Assembly (NCBI RefSeq): GCF_001194135.2
Contig: NC_068990.1
Coordinates: 35,039,533 to 35,103,532, forward strand
DNA from: Octopus bimaculoides
Lineage: Eukaryota
Length of the DNA stretch: 64,000 bases
Direction: 5' to 3'
The notes beneath the pieces were generated by a model that saw only the letters and a list, made by a program, of their open reading frames with translations, was not told the origin of the DNA and searched no databases. The translations under genes were made by a program, and so were the position numbers. This document shows positions 50,060 to 63,177 of the stretch, in pieces; within the stretch, counting starts at the first letter, position 1; each line of letters begins with the position of its first letter.

Positions 50060-50450
50060 ATAAGGTTTTCAAAGATTTGTGTTGCCTTTTGCATTTAAGG
50101 ACTTTGTGTGTATTAATGATATTGTTCATTTTCGGGTCTGTGGTGAGTAAGGGGAGGTTTTGTTTAATTTTGGTGTATGCTTCGATGTTTTTGGGGTTAT
50201 GGGTGGAGATGTATGGAAGTATTTTAGGGTTGGGTGTGTTATTATGTTGGTTGGTTTTTAGTGTGTTTTTGTCAAGTTCCTTGGCACGTTTTATTCCAAG
50301 ATGTATGAGTGTGGAGGGATATTGGCGTTGTAACAGTGTTTTTTTGAGATCTTGTAAGCGTATTTCTCTGGGAAGTGAGCTCAGAAAATAATGATACATT
50401 GACACTGCACTATTTCTTCTGTGCATGCTGCTTTGAATTAACGTCAATCT
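50060..50450 (-). mobile_element. Penelope-like element fragment (thumb-to-endonuclease linker)
   Basis: RLQDLKKTLLQRQYPSTLIHLGIKRAKEL...LPYISTHNPKNIEAY..IKQNLPLL..DPKM....KVLKCKRQHKSLK is typical of the PLE region between RT and GIY-YIG. It is truncated by the gap. Confidence 0.8.
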
Positions 50451-50534
50451 GAAAATATAGATCTCTAAGATATAAAACGGATTTGTAACGATTCTCTGTC
50501 TAGACTCCGATTAGACGACAACATATATGTACCG

Positions 50535-50739
50535 TTCTGGCAGAATTGTTAGCAAGCCAGGAAAGATACTCAGGGACATTTACCCCGTCTCTATGTTCTG
50601 GGTTTAAATATCTACGTGGTTGGCTCTGCCATTCATCCTCTCAGGGTCGATAAAATAAGTACAATTTGAGCACTGGGGTCGATGTAATGCACGTACTCCC
50701 TCTCTCAAATATGCTGGCTTTGTGTCTAATTTGAAACCA
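50535..50739 (+). mobile_element. SINE family B
   Basis: CTGGCAGAATTGTTAGC...TCAGGGTCGATAAAATAAGTAC...CACTGGGGTCGATGTAAT...TTTGAAACCA. Confidence 0.85.
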
Positions 50740-51035
50740 AGATGTATGCCACCAATTATTTCATTTTATGCAGCACATTTTCTTGTTCATACAGCCCGAA
50801 TAATGATTCAGACGGAGCATCGATCCACGAGGTATCGTTGGGCTACAGGCACTCCGAATGTCTCTTTTTCCTACCACTAATCATAAAGAGTGGAAAAATA
50901 TTTGGCAAGGTATCACAGACGACGCTAAAATTTCGCCTATTATACCAGCCTGGAGTTGTACTTTACGATCGATACCGGTGGTTAAGCACGAAAAATATAT
51001 AACAACCGCAAACGATATATTAATACGCCAAGGCT

Positions 51036-51178
51036 AATTTAAATTCCACCGAGGTCAACTTTGTCTTTGATCCTTTCGGGGTCGATAAATTAAGTACCAG
51101 TTTCGTACTGTGGTCGATCTAATCGACTGGTTCCCTCCCCAAAAATTTTGGGCCTTGTGCCTAGAGTGGAAAAGAATA
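51036..51178 (+). mobile_element. SINE family B, 5'-truncated
   Basis: AAATTCCACCGAGGTCAACTTTGTCTTTGATCCTTTCGGGGTCGATAAATTAAGTACCAG...GTCGATCTAATCGACT. Confidence 0.88.
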
Positions 51179-51458
51179 TGCCAAGGTTAAATGTGTGACA
51201 ACGAAGGGAGATGTGAAAATAGAAAGTTAGTTAACAATGAAAGCTGTTGTTAAGTGGTCAAATATTGTTAAGTGTTAAGTTAAAGGAAAAGATAGTGGGG
51301 AAGACACGGAAGAAGAGAGAGACTTTCTTTAGTGAAGGGAATGTGGTATGGTTGAAGAGGGAGAAGGAGAGAGTGAGGAAGAGGGAGGGAGAGAGGAAGA
51401 GAGGGAGAGAGGGAGAGAGGGAGAGAGAGAGGGAGATAGAGAGAGAGANNNNNNNNNN

Positions 51459-51500
<42 letters not shown>

Positions 51501-51546
51501 AAGAGTGTTTGTGTTTACTCAAGGGAAAACATCATCGAACATTTCA

Positions 51547-51629
51547 ATAGTACCACTTATACTCGAGTTTCGACATCAATGAACAAATAAAATAATTTGC
51601 CATCCGTGTCTCATCAATAAGGGTGCTAT
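51547..51629 (-). ncRNA. Type I hammerhead ribozyme candidate (PLE-type, palindromic helix III, U3 variant)
   Basis: The minus strand reads ATAGCACCCTTA-TTGATGA-GACA[cgg ATGGCAAAT tatttt ATTTGTTCAT tga]TGTC-GAAA-CTCGAG-TA-TAAGTGGTACTAT. Helix I has about 11 bp with one bulge and one mismatch, helix II opens with the canonical G10.1-C11.1 pair and has a long extension, and helix III is the palindrome ACTCGAGT. The predicted cut is after GUA, between 51560 and 51559. Confidence 0.75.
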
Positions 51630-52028
51630 AATTAATGTATATTTGTGGAACACTGAAGACACACCTGTTCCATCTATATACATTATAATTTTTTCAAATC
51701 CACCGCGTAGGCGCAGCTACAATCAGTTGCAAGTAAAAATTACGTAGCAATGTTCTTAAAAATTATGAAAACTTTTACTATGAAAATATTTAGGGTAGAA
51801 CATTCAGAGAAATATTCTACCAGTGGCCAGCATGCGTATATANNNNNNNNNNNNNNNNNNNNNNNNNNNNNNNNNNNNNNNNNNNNNNNNNNNNNNNNNN
51901 NNNNNNNNNNNNNNNNNNNNNNNNNNNNNNNNNNNNNNNNNNNNNNNNNNNNNNNNNNNNNNNNNNNNNNNNNNNNNNNNNNNNNNNNNNNNNNNNNNNN
52001 NNNNNNNNNNNNNNNNNNNNNNNNNNNN

Positions 52029-52082
<54 letters not shown>

Positions 52083-52854
52083 CTACATGGATATAATAGG
52101 CATTCCGTGACTAAGCTATGACACTTGTCCATTGTTTTTAGTTATGATCTGGAGCTGAAAATCGCTTGGATTAGTAGTGAATTTCTTTAATCATACAATC
52201 ACGAATGGAACACCTAAGTTTTATAAGTAAATGTGAAACCGACCTACAGTTGGGATTAAAATCTGCGTTCTTATCGTTATATTACTTCCTCACCAGTAGA
52301 TTTACCAGCTTCTGTTGCGGCAACATATGATTCTTTCTTTTCATTCTACAATCTTTGAGAACTCGCAATCAGGTTAATATATGGATATATTCTGGATAGA
52401 ATGATTAACAAGCTTCTGCTTGTATGTCATCTCCATAGGTACATGAAAGTATTAGAGTCGTGAATTACTGGCCATGAAATATAGGCAATATATTGCTGTT
52501 ATAGATGGCCTTCTACCCTCTATACTTGAAATTGATATATTACTGTTATTATATTTTAACACCTAGGAGATGTGAATGATAAAAATTAACTCCAGTGGGA
52601 CGTCAGTTATGCCAGAGAAAATCGAAACTAAACGCAATGAGATTAATCTATCATTACATACTGCCAAAGTTTCCAGCGACTAAGTGGTGTCTGTCGCTGC
52701 TGGAAATACCAGTCAAATGTTCCAAGAATCACACGTTACTGTCTCATAAAAGAGAGACAAACATTAAATAATACTGTTCTAAGTCTGAAGGAAGTAAAAG
52801 ATGATCTGGGAGAACGTGAGCTGAACTGGTATACAGCAAAAATGTACTACTGCA

Positions 52855-53050
52855 TTCAAATTTTGGCACACAGCCAGCAAGTCCAGGGCCGGGAGTTTGC
52901 CACTTACATCGACTCCAGTACTCAGCTAGTACTTAAAGGATGAAAGTCAATGTCAACTTCGGCGGTTTTTTCAACTCAGAACGTAAAGACGGACGAAACG
53001 TCACTAAGTACTTTTCCCAGCATGCTAATGATTCTGACATCCCGACACCT
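52855..53050 (-). mobile_element. SINE family B
   Basis: The plus strand shows GTCAACTTCGGCGG..AACTCAGAACGTAAAGACGGACGAAA..CTAAGTA...GCTAATGATTCTG, the reverse complement of the family-B head and body. Confidence 0.82.
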
Positions 53051-54175
53051 TAATTAGGCAACAATATATTATCAATAGCTTGTATTCATGTCAAGATTCA
53101 TATTTTTCAAAGAATAATTATCTAAATCAAAGCTGATGACTGGCTCGTATTTTAAAGATGCTCCATAGACTATCTCATCTAAAACATCAGCAGTGTTGGT
53201 GATGGTTTCGAAGAAAACGTGCAAATTATTGGTTAAAAAGAAGTCCAAAGCTGGGTATGTTTTATTAGGGAAAGTAGGCATAAAAGTAAAACCAACCCAG
53301 AGTTTTACATCTTAAACATAGCTCAACTCATGTTCTATTATGTATAAATAAGATGTTATGTACTAAGTTGCTTGAGAATTGCAATTTGCTGCCAAACTTT
53401 TCTGCGTGTTCACTAATCCTAAGGCCAACTTAGAACTAGTCAAAGCTGAATGAATAAAGATTTATGAAAACAGCAGTAAGGGGGGAAAGTAGTGAAATAA
53501 ATGTGTAACAGGTGAAAAAGTGGAAGATGTCAAGAGTAAATACCAAACTCATGTGATTTTAAAATTTAATTCATGGTTAGTATTTGTATTTCAAAGGAAA
53601 AGTGTTTATATGTCCTTTAAAATAATTGAATGTACCAAATTGAACCTGCAAGTTACCAAGATGTCGCATAAATACACAAAAGCACACAGGGACATATACG
53701 CGCCCTTCCACATGTCCATCTTTTCTTCCATCTTTTCCTTTTCCTCTCTTTCTTTTTCTCTCCCTCTGTATGTTTATATATATATATATNNNNNNNNNNN
53801 NNNNNNNNNNNNNNNNNNNNNNNNNNNNNNNNNNNNNNNNNNNNNNNNNNNNNNNNNNNNNNNNNNNNNNNNNNNNNNNNNNNNNNNNNNNNNNNNNNNN
53901 NNNNNNNNNNNNNNNNNNNNNNNNNNNNNNNNNNNNNNNNNNNNNNNNNNNNNNNNNNNNNNNNNNNNNNNNNNNNNNNNNNNNNNNNNNNNNNNNNNNN
54001 NNNNNNNNNNNNNNNNNNNNNNNNNNNNNNNNNNNNNNNNNNNNNNNNNNNNNNNNNNNNNNNNNNNNNNNNNNNNNNNNNNNNNNNNNNNNNNNNNNNN
54101 NNNNNNNNNNNNNNNNNNNNNNNNNNNNNNNNNNNNNNNNNNNNNNNNNNNNNNNNNNNNNNNNNNNNNNNNNNN

Positions 54176-54217
<42 letters not shown>

Positions 54218-54953
54218 ACATACACACACATACACACATACACACACACACACACACACGCACACACACATACACACACATACACACCACACACAGTGTA
54301 TATACATATATATAATATATCTGATTGAGTAACAGTTCATCGGTTTTATTCGAACTGTGATACTTTGGAATCCGAAGTCCTAGCACAATATCAATCAAAT
54401 CCGTGAAGGCAGTTGAAACATGAGCAAATACTTATATACGTACACATACGCTCTTGTCTCGCTCTGTATACGTACACACATACAGATATATGGATACACG
54501 TAAATACTCACATATTTGCAGTTCTATACGGGAACGCCGTTAACTATGCGAGTAAATTTATGTACATATGAGCGCGTGCGTGTGTTGACGTGTGTGGATG
54601 TATATACAAGTTGATGATCGTAAGATTTGTGAATTAATTTAAATTAGTGAAATAATTAATTAATCCTGCCTTCTATTTCCGTAATAAGAAAGGTTTGCAT
54701 ATATCTGGAATCTTTGAATAATTCCTGTTCATTATAGATCATTGGCATTCGACTGAAATAGCAATGATTTAATGAATTATTCGAAATATTGTATATGATT
54801 TATAGGACAATTAGTCTGTACCAGAGATATTGTATAGCTGCAGTGTCTTATGTAAAAAGCAGAGTATTAAACTACCGGGATGGAGAGAAAGAACAGATAG
54901 ATAAACAGATAGTTAGATGCATAGATAGACGCAGAGATATAGAAAGAAACATT

Positions 54954-55005
<52 letters not shown>

Positions 55006-55288
55006 TATAGACATATAGATAGATAGATAGATATTTATAGAAAGAGATTGATCATGAGTATTGGAATTAATGTGTACATATGAAATGAAGAAGATTAAGA
55101 TGGAGGGGGATTCAGTAGAACTGAGCAAAATAAAGCTCTACTCCATATGTAGATATAAATATACGCACAAGCATGAAAATGTATATATGTATATTTACAC
55201 ACACATGCATTTATTCATATGAGTGTGTGCGTGTGTGTACGCATGAACCTAACGCATACACACTCACTTATATCTCTTTCACTTTGTA

Positions 55289-55322
<34 letters not shown>

Positions 55323-56579
55323 NNNNNNNNNNNNNNNNNNNNNNNNNNNNNNNNNNNNNNNNNNNNNNNNNNNNNNNNNNNNNNNNNNNNNNNNNNNNNN
55401 NNNNNNNNNNNNNNNNNNNNNNNNNNNNNNNNNNNNNNNNNNNNNNNNNNNNNNNNNNNNNNNNNNNNNNNNNNNNNNNNNNNNNNNNNNNNNNNNNNNN
55501 NNNNNNNNNNNNNNNNNNNNNNNNNNNNNNNNNNNNNNNNNNNNNNNNNNNNNNNNNNNNNNNNNNNNNNNNNNNNNNNNNNNNNNNNNNNNNNNNNNNT
55601 ATATATATATACATACACATATTTATATATGTACACACACACACACACACACACACTCACACACATATATATATATATATATGTATAACGACAACAGATA
55701 GATAAAATACGTGAGTTGATTATGAAATGGTATATACGAATGAAAGAGACGGAAATACATATAGAAGTGAGATGCTAGTACATGTACAGAGGAGATAAGT
55801 GGACACAGCATGTGCATAAATGTGTGAATTATCGGGAGATTATACCTATTGGTTGGATGCGTGTTAATTCGGGAAAATATCGGAGGGAGGGGGAGATTAA
55901 ATATATTCCATATAACTATACGTTACATCTAATTCATCTCTGTTACTGATATTTGGGAATTTACAATAAATTGCTAATAATATAATATATTGACAGTGTA
56001 TAATATGCATTTGATATACAAATAGTGGTGGAGTATGAGATTTCCAGGCAATGAAGTTTGGGAATTGTGGCGTCCAAATATTTTCTAATTTAGTGCCGTT
56101 AGTGAAGGAATAATTTCTAAGGAATTGTATTTGAGTGGATGACTGTACACATTGGCAATTTATCACTTAGAATGTAAAATATATTCAAATGATCGCTGGA
56201 AGATTAGGAAATACACCATAGAACATATGGATTAGTTATCTCTGAATCAGCATATATTGCTACACCGATTTAAATACGTAATAGTGTTATAAATTCTGCA
56301 GAGAATATACGATTCTATCGACTGATGGATCTTGATTTCTAAGCGCACCGAAGCTTAATGTGAAACATTTTCCGTCGAAAAGGCAATTCTTTTAAATGAA
56401 ATCTTTGATTTAAATACTACAATAAATTAGTGTTTATAGAGAAGTAATTAATTCAGACACATTCGTCTTCGTAACATTTTGCCTGCACACTAATTACAAG
56501 GTCTATAAGAGTAGAGGATTTAAATTCTTGATTAATATTCCTTGGTCTATAAAATAGTTCTTTGTTCGGTGTGTTTCTC

Positions 56580-56790
56580 ATTTAAAGCTGATATGATCCA
56601 CCTCATTCGAAATGGTAATCCTCCCCTTCTTTAGCGCATAATTTTTTGTCAATTCAGTATCCGATACACCAAATTTCAGTGATGAGAACCAAAACAGCCA
56701 TTGTATATAAAAATACTTCTTCCCTACATAGAAATTCATAATTACTGAGATATACTTTCTTATACAGACATATTTTTGGCGCAAATTTTA
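56580..56790 (-). mobile_element. Possible mariner N-terminal (HTH) relic
   Basis: IMNFYVGKK...WLFWFSSLKFGVSDTELTKN..LKKGR loosely resembles the mariner WFxKFRxGDxxLxDxxRSGR motif. Confidence 0.3.
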
Positions 56791-57817
56791 CATAATATCG
56801 TGCATCATTGTTTAATATGATATTCGTTATAGATTTGTGAGATATTTTCAGACACTATTATTAATGTTAACTTCGACAACATTGGTGTGTAATTACATTC
56901 AGTGGCCAACGACGAGGAGGTATGTGAAAATCGGTTGAATAAGATCTGTTTATGACATGATGCTTCATCCTTATTCTTATTTAATATTTTGGTTTATTTC
57001 TGCGCATTTTACATAAAATATGTATATCTTCTTTTCTTCGATGGAATTAGGTATTATATTAAGTGCAACTCTGCAGTGATAAAATTAGAATAATGTAACC
57101 TTTCCACAACTTTCTTGCTCTCTCTCTCTCTCTCTCTCTCTCTCNNNNNNNNNNNNNNNNNNNNNNNNNNNNNNNNNNNNNNNNNNNNNNNNNNNNNNNN
57201 NNNNNNNNNNNNNNNNNNNNNNNNNNNNNNNNNNNNNNNNNNNNNNNNNNNNNNNNNNNNNNNNNNNNNNNNNNNNNNNNNNNNNNNNNNNNNNNNNNNN
57301 NNNNNNNNNNNNNNNNNNNNNNNNNNNNNNNNNNNNNNNNNNNNNNNNNNNNNNNNNNNNNNNNNNNNNNNNNNNNNNNNNNNNNNNNNNNNNNNNNNNN
57401 NNNNNNNNNNNNNNNNNNNNNNNNNNNNNNNNNNNNNNNNNNNNNNNNNNNNNNNNNNNNNNNNNNNNNNNNNNNNNNNNNNNNNNNNNNNNNNNNNNNN
57501 NNNNNNNNNNNNNNNNNNNNNNNNNNNNNNNNNNNNNNNNNNNNNNNNNNNNNNNNNNNNNNNNNNNNNNNNNNNNNNNNNNNNNNNNNNNNNNNNNNNN
57601 NNNNNNNNNNNNNNNNNNNNNNNNNNNNNNNNNNNNNNNNNNNNNNNNNNNNNNNNNNNNNNNNNNNNNNNNNNNNNNNNNNNNNNNNNNNNNNNNNNNN
57701 NNNNNNNNNNNNNNNNNNNNNNNNNNNNNNNNNNNNNNNNNNNNNNNNNNNNNNNNNNNNNNNNNNNNNNNNNNNNNNNNNNNNNNNNNNNNNNNNNNNN
57801 NNNNNNNNNNNNNNNNN

Positions 57818-57867
<50 letters not shown>

Positions 57868-57960
57868 GCATACATATATACATAATACGTACATAACGTA
57901 CATATATACATACACAATGTACACACAGACGTAAACGTAGATGCCTAGCTAGCTAGATAC

Positions 57961-58003
<43 letters not shown>

Positions 58004-58025
58004 CATACATACATACATACATACA

Positions 58026-58057
<32 letters not shown>

Positions 58058-58699
58058 GGCGCAGGTGAGAGTGAAATCTATTCTCAGACAAAATGACAGC
58101 CTGAATGTTTGCTATTAAGAGGTTTGAATGTTAAACCATTCGAAGGCAAAGTAGTGTTGTTAAACTGTGTGATGAATTGAATCTAGTAAAATAATCGAGT
58201 TTATGCTTTTGATTTAACGAACATATTATTGTTTCGAGTGTTTGTATGCATTTTGCTAAATTCTTTCGCCACAAGTGTAAAGCAGAAAATGTTTTGTAAT
58301 GAATGTGGGATCATTCAATACTTCGAATGACCATTCCTAAGTATAAGCTAAAGGAACCGAAACAAACTCCTAGCATAACGACAATAATATAAAATAAGTT
58401 CAACAAAATGAAAGAATACGGCTCGGCTATGCATTGCATCATTTTAAAAGACACCGCTAACGAGATGTTGATTAAATATTGCTGAACTTAACTTTTATTC
58501 ACCTCATCTCCACAATTTCTGCAATTAGTTGTACATGTTTTCGATCTTTTCTAGTCAACTATGAATGAGTTTGGATAATTTTTTGATATAGCAGTAACTA
58601 AAAATAGCAGCCAAATCACCATCGAGCCACTCATTAAAGTGTTAAAAGAAGAAAGGACACATTTCGTTGTAAGGATGTAAGTTCTTGGCTTCAAGGATA

Positions 58700-58860
58700 T
58701 CAGGAAAAGCCTGGTTGGAGGTCAAGAAAAACTGAAGGACCGTTGCAATAACTGTGTCAATCTGTGAGGGGAATATGTTGAATAGTATAGTATCATAATT
58801 AACTGATTCTCCTGTATTTTTCTTTTACCCAAAGCCAGAAACCTTTCATAACTCATATTA
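58700..58860 (+). mobile_element. Mariner 3' end (last codons plus 3' terminal region)
   Basis: EKLKDRCNNCVNL*GEYVE* matches the mariner C-terminus (KLxxRWxKCVxxxGxYVE), followed by a CCAGAAACCTTTC TIR-like tail. Confidence 0.65.
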
Positions 58861-60614
58861 AATATAGTGTAGACGCAGCTGGTTCATACGTGTAATACCA
58901 TTGATCATCTTAATAAAACTGACCAGTCGCTAAACAACAACAAAACTCATATGACTATTGTTTAATTAAATTGGAAAATATGCCATTTTTCATTTAATTG
59001 TTTAGCTGTATCCTTTGAACAAATTATTTTTATAATTGTAAACGTAGGTTTATTTAGTACTGGGGTGTACAACATTATCATAACTACGATAACGATAACA
59101 AATATAAAACAGAATACTGCTTAGAAATGTATGTCACCAGACTAAATTAAGTGAGAGATGCACATGTCATGAATAGATGAGATAAATGATGCTTTGTTCA
59201 AAGCTACTTGTCGGTAAAAGAGAAATTGAAAATAGTATCACTAAAATCATTATCCTAATTTCCTAACAATAAAAATACATCGGTTTCCATTCCGCGTACA
59301 TAAATAACACTACACATCTTATGTATAATAGGATTATTCCAACGCTTCTTGTGAGCCGGCGATAATCAAGCTCAGCTAAGCAGTTAATTTCTTAGACGTA
59401 AATTTATGTTTATTAAACTTACAAGTGTCCATTTATGTGTGTAAAAATCACACGCGTACACACACATACACACATACTCACACGCACACACATACACACA
59501 CGCACACACACGCATACATATCTGTATGTTAGAAAGAATACGAGAGAAAGAACGAGAGTGTGTATTCTGATTTTGCTTTGGTTTGGTAGATTTTGTGGTG
59601 TTTGTTATTATAAAACAGAAGTTATTAATCACGTTTTTCCACGAAATGTCTCTCGTCGATAATTGAAACCGTGTCACAAGTGTGTAATTCAATTTATTAC
59701 TGCTAATCACTAGATAGCGATACACAAGTTCCTATTTAGCCGGAATCAGTTGCTTCTGATTGAAATCTCCTTTGAAATCACACTTTTTGGCTGTTTTCTT
59801 ATATTTTTATTTCCTAATCTGACTTGGCTGTTGCATCACTCTTTCTTCTTTATGTCTTAATAATACCATTTCCTTTGCTTTCTCCCTCCACCTCTTCATC
59901 TTCTTCTCTTCTTCTCGTTCACACTCTTCAAGTAGCACAGCAAAATCACTGCTAAAAGTAGCAGCACTGTGAACTATTAAGGAACAACTGAAATAAAGAC
60001 ATAAGAAGAATTCGTTATCGAAATTCTGCAGGGAATTATCAACACATTTCTTTAAATTCAACTGATTTACCTCACATTCAAAATGGAAGTAGAAAGTAAA
60101 AAGGTTAATTGCTGTTTGACATTTTCAAATTAACCTTGAGTGCTAAGAGCAATCATGCTGCGTATTCGTGAATGATTTCAGTAAAGTAAATTCTATAGCA
60201 CAGAAATTTAGTGGGATGAAATGTATAGTGAAGTGCTTCCATATCGGTTCTGCTATTCTTTTGATACAGAGTAAAGCTTCTATGGTATATTTTGTTGTTT
60301 CTTACGTAAGTTATAGATTTCAGACGAATGTTTAATTACATTTTATCAAATTTTACTTTATGATATTACTGTCATAATTTCTAACTTATTATAGTAAATA
60401 TCATTTCAGAACCAGGAGAATAAAACTCTGCAGGGTATAAAGAACTTAATTTCTGTTGTGCTCTCTGGAAATTCACGCTGATTTTGTAACAAAAGATGTG
60501 CTGCAAGGGATTTGAACCAAGGAATGAGAACAGATACCATATTTGGTAATTGAATTAGAACGTTGATCCTATTTATCACATGTTAATCAATTAGCTTCAT
60601 TCCTCTGCAAAGTG

Positions 60615-60780
60615 CGTAGCCATGACTTTGTGGTTAAGACGTTCGTTTCACAACTGCGTGGTTTCCAGCTCGATCTCACTACAGTGTCTCGAGTAAATAC
60701 GTACATTCAACCACAGATGCAATTCAACCAAACCCACATGGGATTTGATTGTCGAACAGTGTGGAAGTTCAATCGCTAGG
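60615..60780 (+). mobile_element. Highly degenerate SINE (family A-like head)
   Basis: TGTGGTTAAGACGTTCGTTTCACAACTGCGTGGTTTCCAGCTCGATCTCACT resembles the family-A tRNA-like head. Confidence 0.45.
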
Positions 60781-61549
60781 CCGTTACTCTTTTGGGTTGG
60801 TATGAACCTAACATAGTCCTTTCGATTTCATTCTCTTTGAACAACATCACCAGATCTATGAGTGTACTTCATGGTTTTGATAAAGATCTCTGGTGATCTT
60901 CTTTCTTAACAGTCATAGAGGTCCTATCCAGGGTCATGTATGATACCATTTCTCTTCTGAGTTAGTTATTAAAAACTATAATTTAAGAAAATTGCTGGAA
61001 AGAAAAAATGGCAATAAAATAAAGAGTAATATAGGATCAGAAATAATAAACCCTTATGCTACTTTAATATTCTGTAATATGGAGGGCTAGTTATGTTAAT
61101 ACACCCCATAATACTAGTTATTACAATACAAGGTGTTTTGGAGTATCAGTTACCTCTATTTAGATCTTACCCTATTCATCTTCAGCTGCTATAAATTCTA
61201 TATTTGAAACTCCAATTAATCAGTCGCAAAGTCAAACTTTCACCTGAGTATGTATGTGTGTGTGTGCAAATATATGAATATTAACGCGGTTATAATATAC
61301 AAATAATCCAGATATTTGGTGATAAATATTTATAACTATGTCGTTTTTAGATTTGGTTTGCAAGATCCTTTATGTGAGTTCGTGTGTTGAAGCTTATACT
61401 GTTGTGTATGGGGAGAATCATTCTTTTTTAGTGCCTTATAATTTAACATACTCACTGATAAAATTTCCACTTATTTCTTTCTTATTTTTCTAAAATTTTC
61501 GCTGCATCTTGCAACCTTTTCAATAATTTTCACTCTTATTTATAAATAC

Positions 61550-61675
61550 ACCTGCTCTTTTAATTAGCTTTGTAAGTAGCTTAGCATTCTGCAGACATGT
61601 GTACTATTACCACAATTCCCTGGCAGTAAGGCAATATGGCAGTATTAGCATGTCCCTTGAATTACTGGTATAATC
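61550..61675 (+). repeat. Direct repeat, copy 1 of 2 (~120 bp)
   Basis: ACCTGCTC..TTAATTAGC.TTGTAAGTAGCTTAGCATTC..CAGACATGTGTACTATTACCACAATTCCCTGGCAGT recurs at 62605-62721. Confidence 0.92.
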
Positions 61676-61678
61676 TTG

Positions 61679-61765
61679 TAGAAAACAAACACACAAATTG
61701 AATACCTATAGAAGACAAACACACAAATTGAACACCTATTGAAGACAAACACACTAATTGATACA
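61679..61765 (+). repeat. Minisatellite, 30-bp unit x3
   Basis: GAA(A/G)ACAAACACAC(A/T)AATTGA units start at 61681, 61711 and 61741. Confidence 0.92.
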
Positions 61766-62604
61766 GGCACACGTCTGCACACTACACACACGTTACGTAC
61801 CCCACACCACATAGTTAACCTATACATCTAGAACTTACGTACATATATACACATATATATTGACATTCGCAAAATTACATGTATTTATAAAGGCATACAT
61901 ATATACACATGCACAAGCATACATATATATGCATATACACATGTGCCAAATGTATGCGGTTAAAAGTTCAAATGCATTGTTCTATATAAAACATATAGGA
62001 ATCTCACATTCCTGAAATTCCTTTTTGCTCGCAAGCAGAAATACACACATTTACATACGTAGACACCTGCGCACACCAAGCACACATACACACACGCGCA
62101 CACACAGGTACACACACATCCACACATACATCCGCACACAAGCTTAAAATGATGTACTTGCAGATAAAGAATTACAAGCACATTCACGTTCACGCATCGA
62201 TATTAATACAAAAGCTTATATGCGTGCATAGAATCATACACATAGGCACGATTTTGCACTTTTATAGTAGCACTTGCCGGCACCGTATGAAACACAAAAA
62301 TCTAAAGAAATATGTAAGTATGCGCAGACATTTAAATACACAGACATACGTAGATAATTTGCAAATTTTAGCTAATAGACGCTGATATATACACACAAAG
62401 ATAATTATATACTTCGATAAAAAGCTAGAGAGCGAATAGACACGTGTACTCTCACACACATAAACACACACATACAAATACACAAACACACACATGCATA
62501 CATGCATACATACATGACACGCACACGCGCACACACACATAAGGTAAACAAATGGATCTCTTTCAGTACTGTGACCTGGATTCAGATGTTGGCTGCGCAG
62601 AATT

Positions 62605-62721
62605 ACCTGCTCATTTAATTAGCATTGTAAGTAGCTTAGCATTCCACAGACATGTGTACTATTACCACAATTCCCTGGCAGTGTGGCAGTATCAGCTTAT
62701 GTCTTGAATTACTAGTATAAC
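62605..62721 (+). repeat. Direct repeat, copy 2 of 2
   Basis: See 61550-61675. Confidence 0.92.
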
Positions 62722-63028
62722 CCATTTGACAGGGTCATGCGCTCAATTTATTTAGGCAATTTTTATTTCCGGGATCAGGAGGCAACAAAAATTATTTCTT
62801 ACTTCAAAATGGGATTGTCTCAGATGGCAATTCCTGCATCACTCTTGTAATGTTAGTGGATTTTCTGACGATATCATAATCATGTCAAGAACTACTATAG
62901 TGATCGATAAGAAAATAAACAAAACGAGGCCATCGAAACACCAGAGAAAAGCGGGAATAAAACCGTTGATACATATTAAAAGCCACGTATTTCTCCCCAA
63001 TATCTCTAAGCTATCGTAATATCTGTTT

Positions 63029-63177
63029 AAAATTTTGGCACTAGGCCAGCAAGTTCGGGAATGGTGGCAAGGCATTCACTTCGATATTAGTACTCAACTG
63101 GTACTTCTTTTCTCGACCGTGAAAGCATAAAAGGTAAAGTCGACCTCAGCGGAATGTGAACTCAGAATGTAAAATGC
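63029..63177 (-). mobile_element. SINE family B, partial
   Basis: The plus strand shows AATTTTGGCACTAGGCCAGCAA...AACTGGTACTT..TCTCGACC..AAAG..TAAAAGGTAAAGTCGACCTCAGCGGAATGTGAACTCAGAA. Confidence 0.85.

Noticed and set aside
4878-57926. All long ORFs (about 180-470 aa) in the supplied track
   Set aside because: They are open only because they span N-runs or microsatellites. The single real coding part is the PLE fragment at 50060-50450.
59630-59684. TCCACGA-AAT..ATT-GAAAC-CGT-GTC with a weak flanking helix
   Set aside because: The CUGANGA core has multiple changes, so it cannot be distinguished from chance by eye.
61679-61765. 30-bp repeats as a CRISPR-like array
   Set aside because: The units are contiguous with no unique spacers, the context is eukaryotic, and no cas genes are present.
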